From positions 1 through 37,286 of the IMG/VR virus record IMGVR_UViG_3300028588_000054: a stretch of DNA of 37,286 nt; one strand, given 5' to 3'. The position numbers were made by a program, and so were the translations under genes. Positions 33,486-37,286 of the stretch are shown in pieces. The notes below the pieces were generated by a model. It made no database searches. It was not told where the DNA came from and saw nothing but the letters and a program-made list of their open reading frames with translations. Position 1 is the stretch's first letter. Each line of letters opens with the position of its first letter. This stretch comes from a virus (lineage: Duplodnaviria; Caudoviricetes).

Positions 33486-35552
33486 ATGCCCAGCATCATG
33501 CCGACAGGCAAACAGCAGTACACGAATAACGCCGGCGTGCCGCTCGCCGGCGGCAAGGTCTTCACCTTCGAGGCCGGCACTACCACACCCAAAGCAACCT
33601 ACTTGGACGCTGCTGGCACAACCGAGAACCAGAACCCGGTGCCGCTGGATGCGCGCGGCGAAGCTCTCATCTTCTGGCACGGCGCCTATGACGTGAAGGT
33701 AACCGACGTAAACGGCCTCACCATCTACACCGTGAAGGGCTTCCAGGTCCCATTGATGCCTGGCGAACTGAGCGACGTCGGCGGCACAGATCTGATCAAG
33801 GGGACGTGGTTCGGCGGCGTCACAGCCAATGTCAGCGCGTTGGGTGCAGAGGACGGCCCTTCCCTTCTCGGCTTCATCCAAGGAGGTGTCGGCGCCGTGG
33901 CGCGTCCGGCCCTGGACAAGCTGCGAGAAGCGGCAGTGACCCTGGACGACTTCAAGTTGGCCGTCGAGACAGATTGGGCGAACGCGGCGAATCGCGCGTG
34001 CACCTACTGCTACCAGACGGGCGCAACGCTGCGGCTCAAAGGGCAGGCATATCCAGGCGCGCGCATCGAGGTGCACGGCACTTTCAATGTCGAAGGCAAC
34101 GGCGCTACCGTCGATTTCCTCGGTGTCGGCTACACCATCATTGCGGGCCTCGGAGCAGGCACCGATGCGATTCCAAGCGCATGGGGCACGGATGGCTCGA
34201 TCGAGAACGCGGCCGCATACATTCCGGCGATGTACCGTATTGCGTCCGCGGTGGCAGTTGGCGACGACTCGATCGGTTTCGCAGATGTGGCTGGCCTGAA
34301 CGCCGGCGACGTCCTGTTTTTGGCTGGCAACCCGACGTCGGCCAGCTCGAGCGGCAACTACATCCCGGCGTCGTTCGAATTCGCGCAGGTCCAGAGCATC
34401 GCCGGCAATGTCGTGACGCTGAATGGCAAGACGCGCAATACCTATACTACCAGCGGCGCCGCTTTTAAGACGCCTGGGCTGGCTCGCGGCTGCCGGATTT
34501 CCAATCTTAGACTGAAATCTACTGGCTCCGAAGCGTACCAGCTGACCATCCGCTCTGCGCTGAACGTCGTAATCGATAACGTCGAGTTCGCCGGCCGCGA
34601 CACTCTCGGTTCAGCCACCTTCGTGGAGGGCTTGGCGCTGCGCAACTTCCGCTCGAGCGGGACTGGTGGCAACTGGAGCTTTGCACGCGGCACCGTGGCT
34701 GCACTACTGGACAGCTTGGTATTCCAGTACCGCAGCGGCATGACGGCTGATACAAACGGCATTTTCATCGAAGAGAGCTGCTACGACATCAGCATCCGCA
34801 GCGTGCGCGGCTATGGCGCGTCTTTCTCGGTGCGCCAGATGGACATGACTGGAGCGGTCATCCGCAGGGCAATCACCGTCATCGATAGCACTTTCGACAC
34901 GGCCCATGCGCCAGGCGGGGCGGCTTCACCAATGCAATGCGGCACGGCCGCGGGCGTGGACCTCGAATTCGTCAACTGCACGTTCGCCGGCGCCGTCGTT
35001 GTGCCGAATGCCGGCACGTATCCCGGTGTGAACGGCGCCGCCTTGTGCTGGATCACCGGGAACCAGACCTTCGACAAGCTGAAGTTCTCCGCATGCCACT
35101 TCAAGTCGGCCACGCTGGGTGCCAGCTTCAAGGCTGGCGGTGGCGCGCTCGGCATGGTCCTTTTCGACGACCTTTGCACGTATGAGGGATGCGACTCACC
35201 CGCTTCGCAATACACGCCGCGCGGGGCTTGGGTGCCATTCGCGCTGTCCGGAGCTTTCACGCCGATCAACGGATACGGTGCACCTGCGTACCGCATCAAA
35301 AACAACCAGGTGTTTCTTGCCGGAGCGGTCCAGGTCAACGCGGCCGCGTCGGGCGACACCCTTGCAACGCTGCCTGCCCCACTTCGCCCGTTGGCAAACA
35401 AACTGCTTCCCGCCGGCTCTGCGCAGACCGGTGCCGGCGCTGCGGGGAGCGTTGCGTTCGGGTTGGATACGGCCGGCGCTCTTGTGGCGCGCTGGTCACC
35501 CGGCGTCGCCTATTTCGGCCTTGAAGGCCTGTCCTATGCACTCGACGCTTGA
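33486..35552 (+). CDS. Tailspike / receptor-binding protein
   Basis: Conserved N-terminal virion-binding domain (G.PLAGGKV.T..AGTTTPKATY...NPV.LDARGEA), central beta-helix-like region, C-terminal beta domain (LATLPAPLRP). Confidence 0.85.
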   Translation: MPSIMPTGKQQYTNNAGVPLAGGKVFTFEAGTTTPKATYLDAAGTTENQNPVPLDARGEALIFWHGAYDVKVTDVNGLTIYTVKGFQVPLMPGELSDVGGTDLIKGTWFGGVTANVSALGAEDGPSLLGFIQGGVGAVARPALDKLREAAVTLDDFKLAVETDWANAANRACTYCYQTGATLRLKGQAYPGARIEVHGTFNVEGNGATVDFLGVGYTIIAGLGAGTDAIPSAWGTDGSIENAAAYIPAMYRIASAVAVGDDSIGFADVAGLNAGDVLFLAGNPTSASSSGNYIPASFEFAQVQSIAGNVVTLNGKTRNTYTTSGAAFKTPGLARGCRISNLRLKSTGSEAYQLTIRSALNVVIDNVEFAGRDTLGSATFVEGLALRNFRSSGTGGNWSFARGTVAALLDSLVFQYRSGMTADTNGIFIEESCYDISIRSVRGYGASFSVRQMDMTGAVIRRAITVIDSTFDTAHAPGGAASPMQCGTAAGVDLEFVNCTFAGAVVVPNAGTYPGVNGAALCWITGNQTFDKLKFSACHFKSATLGASFKAGGGALGMVLFDDLCTYEGCDSPASQYTPRGAWVPFALSGAFTPINGYGAPAYRIKNNQVFLAGAVQVNAAASGDTLATLPAPLRPLANKLLPAGSAQTGAGAAGSVAFGLDTAGALVARWSPGVAYFGLEGLSYALDA

Positions 35553-35585
35553 TTGCATTCACGACAACAAATGAAAGCCCAAAAC

Positions 35586-35831
35586 ATGAACGAACAACTC
35601 AACATGCACTCGGTGCTGGAGGCGGCGGCCAGCAACCCGAAGGTGGCCGCCGTAACCGCTGCAGCAACGGGCGCCACTGGCGCGGCGAACTACCTGCAGG
35701 TGATCGACGGCTTCCTGGCGCGGGCCAGCATGGTTGTCGCGCTGGCCACCGCCATCGTCGTCTTCGGCGTCCAGCTGATCCGCTTCGAACAAGCCTGGCG
35801 CGAACGCCGCCAGCATAACAAGGAAGGTTGA
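35586..35831 (+). CDS. Holin/antiholin-like membrane protein
   Basis: Hydrophobic segments and a charged C-terminus, upstream of the endolysin. Confidence 0.6.
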   Translation: MNEQLNMHSVLEAAASNPKVAAVTAAATGATGAANYLQVIDGFLARASMVVALATAIVVFGVQLIRFEQAWRERRQHNKEG

Positions 35832-35832
35832 A

Positions 35833-36069
35833 ATGAAAAAACTGAAACAGTACTTGCACGCCGTCGACAAGGAGATCAGCGCCGTGCTGGCAGTACTGAT
35901 CGCCCTGGTGATCGATAACGCCGACAGCGTGATGCAGGCGGCGGTCGATCACCTGCCCGAGCTGGCGACGTACCTGTCGGCCACCGCTGTGCGCTGGGTG
36001 GCCGTGCTGGCATTCACGCTCAAGATCGTCCTGGCTGCCCGTAAGGCACGCTCGAAGGGAGCTGCATAA
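35833..36069 (+). CDS. Holin-like membrane protein
   Basis: Two TM-like segments and a basic C-terminus; TAATG coupled to the endolysin. Confidence 0.6.
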   Translation: MKKLKQYLHAVDKEISAVLAVLIALVIDNADSVMQAAVDHLPELATYLSATAVRWVAVLAFTLKIVLAARKARSKGAA

Positions 36070-36524
36070 TGCCGCCCAGCTCATTCATCGGCATGCTGGC
36101 CGGCGCCGCACAGGATTGCCAGCGCAAGACCGGGATCCCGGCATCCATCACCCTGGCACAGGCCGCGCTCGAATCCAGCTGGGGCGCGCGCGCGATCGGC
36201 AACAACCTGTTCGGCATCAAGGCGGACAAGTCGTGGACTGGCCCGACCGTCACTTTCCAGACCACCGAGCACCTGGCCGGCAAGGACGTGAAGATGCCGG
36301 ACCGCTTCCGACGCTACGACAGCTGGCTGGCCAGCATGGTCGACCACGCGCAGTTCCTGCTGAAGAACCCGCGGTACCGGGATTGCTTCAAGCAGATCGA
36401 CGGCGTCGGCTGGGCGCGCGCGCTGCAGGCCGCCGGCTACGCCACGGACCCCGCCTACGCGGACAAGCTGATCGCCATCATGCGCGGCCGGAACCTGGGC
36501 TTCTACGACCAGGTGAAGCCGTGA
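36069..36524 (+). CDS. Endolysin, GH73 (FlgJ-like) family
   Basis: LAQAALESSWG, NNLFGIKA, FRRYDS, AGYATDPAY. Confidence 0.92.
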   Translation: MPPSSFIGMLAGAAQDCQRKTGIPASITLAQAALESSWGARAIGNNLFGIKADKSWTGPTVTFQTTEHLAGKDVKMPDRFRRYDSWLASMVDHAQFLLKNPRYRDCFKQIDGVGWARALQAAGYATDPAYADKLIAIMRGRNLGFYDQVKP

Positions 36525-37009
36525 GCGCGCTCGAACGCTGGCTGTCGGGCGCCCTGGTGCTGGCCGGCCTGCTGGTGCTGGTGGCGCTGGGGATCCACCA
36601 CTACGGCGCCGAGCAGTACGACGCCGGCTACAACGCTGCCGTCGACGCGCGCGCCAAAGCCGATGCCAAGGCCGTGGCCAAGCGCATCGACGACAACACC
36701 TCGGTGGCCGCCCACCAGGCCACCAGCAACGCAACCATTACGGAGAAAACGCATGAAGAGCTTCAGCCTGTTCGCGAGCGCATTGTTACTCAGCGCGTGT
36801 ACGTCGGTTCCGCAGTTTGTGGCAACGGACCTGCCGGCGGCGCCGAAGCGGAAAGCGCCGGTAGCAGCAACGAAACCGATCCACCCCGCAGGCTGGTTCG
36901 ATCAGACGTTGAGCGAGATCTTGTCGCGCTGAAGCTGGCTGTCGAGGAGGATCTGGCCACTGGCCGAGCCTGCCAGGGCGTGCTGCAGGATGAAGGCATG
37001 GTGCAGTGA
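36521..37009 (+). CDS. i-spanin (Rz-like)
   Basis: GTG start, N-terminal TM, Ala-rich coiled coil, two Cys. Confidence 0.8.
   Translation: MSALERWLSGALVLAGLLVLVALGIHHYGAEQYDAGYNAAVDARAKADAKAVAKRIDDNTSVAAHQATSNATITEKTHEELQPVRERIVTQRVYVGSAVCGNGPAGGAEAESAGSSNETDPPRRLVRSDVERDLVALKLAVEEDLATGRACQGVLQDEGMVQ
36753..36932 (+). CDS. o-spanin (Rz1-like lipoprotein) embedded in the i-spanin gene
   Basis: GGAG RBS, lipobox LLSAC, Pro-rich, in a different frame inside Rz. Confidence 0.8.
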   Translation: MKSFSLFASALLLSACTSVPQFVATDLPAAPKRKAPVAATKPIHPAGWFDQTLSEILSR

Positions 37010-37131
37010 TGGACTTCCATATCCTCACGCCCGCTGGACCGGAGCACATCTGCAGCCTGGTCGACGGCCAGGTTGTGATCGCGCCCCCGCCCGTTCAATT
37101 GGAGCCCGAAAGGGACGACCCGGCTGAATGA
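37009..37131 (+). CDS. Small hypothetical protein (40 aa)
   Basis: Translated by hand; TGATG overlap with the spanin stop. Confidence 0.35.
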   Translation: MDFHILTPAGPEHICSLVDGQVVIAPPPVQLEPERDDPAE

Positions 37132-37178
37132 CAGCTTTCCGCCAACATGTGTGCTCAAACCCGCATGGCTGCTGTGCT

Positions 37179-37213
37179 GGACGAGGGTTCGATTCCCTCC
37201 GCCTCCACCAGTA
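37179..37213 (+). repeat. attR core (duplicated ssrA 3' end)
   Basis: Identical to 93-127. Confidence 0.95.
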
Positions 37214-37268
37214 TTCAAAAACAAAGCCCCGCTGGCGCAAGCCAGCGGGGCTTTGTTTTTGAATACTG
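37209..37268 (+). terminator. Host ssrA terminator, perfect 28-bp inverted repeat with GCAA loop
   Basis: CAGTATTCAAAAACAAAGCCCCGCTGGC-GCAA-GCCAGCGGGGCTTTGTTTTTGAATACTG. Confidence 0.85.
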
Positions 37269-37286
37269 CCGTTCCGGCGAAGGGAA

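Larger units (their letters stand above)
93..37213. mobile_element. Complete temperate prophage (P22-like virion module, lambdoid control), excised circle predicted 37,086 bp
   Basis: Flanking 35-bp direct repeats, integrase at the left end, lysis cassette at the right end, and a full set of immunity, replication, packaging and virion genes with no obvious frameshifts. Confidence 0.95.

Noticed and set aside
33486-35552. Tailspike as a third DGR target
   Set aside because: By eye, no match to the invariant TR 3' segment and no CLec-type C-terminus. A BLASTN with short word size would confirm.
37179-37210. A second tRNA/tmRNA gene at the right end
   Set aside because: Only the T-arm and acceptor 3' strand are present; this is the attR duplication.

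Overview
The window is an apparently complete ~37.1 kb temperate prophage with P22-like (podovirus-type) virion genes. It is integrated at the 3' end of a tmRNA gene (ssrA) and bounded by a perfect 35-bp direct repeat (93-127 and 37179-37213). The GC-rich host is probably a betaproteobacterium (inference). Gene order: int/xis, leftward early operon, cI/cro immunity region with six related operators, replication (initiator, DnaB, a second tyrosine recombinase), Q-like antiterminator with a pR'-like promoter, terminase, portal, scaffold, coat, ejection proteins, tailspike, lysis. The most striking element is an intact diversity-generating retroelement (RT, Avd, TR) in the early left operon. One template repeat serves two tandem DUF1566/CLec-like target genes with no virion context, and all 25 TR/VR differences are at TR adenines; the tail genes show no VR. 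Also notable: the RT frame is coupled to avd and stays open through the TR; a solo DndC-like protein lies just downstream of the RT; a probable two-domain immune-signal sponge fusion; a second recombinase coupled to dnaB; and a fibre/appendage module between terS and terL. Family names come from motif recognition and recall, not from database searches.
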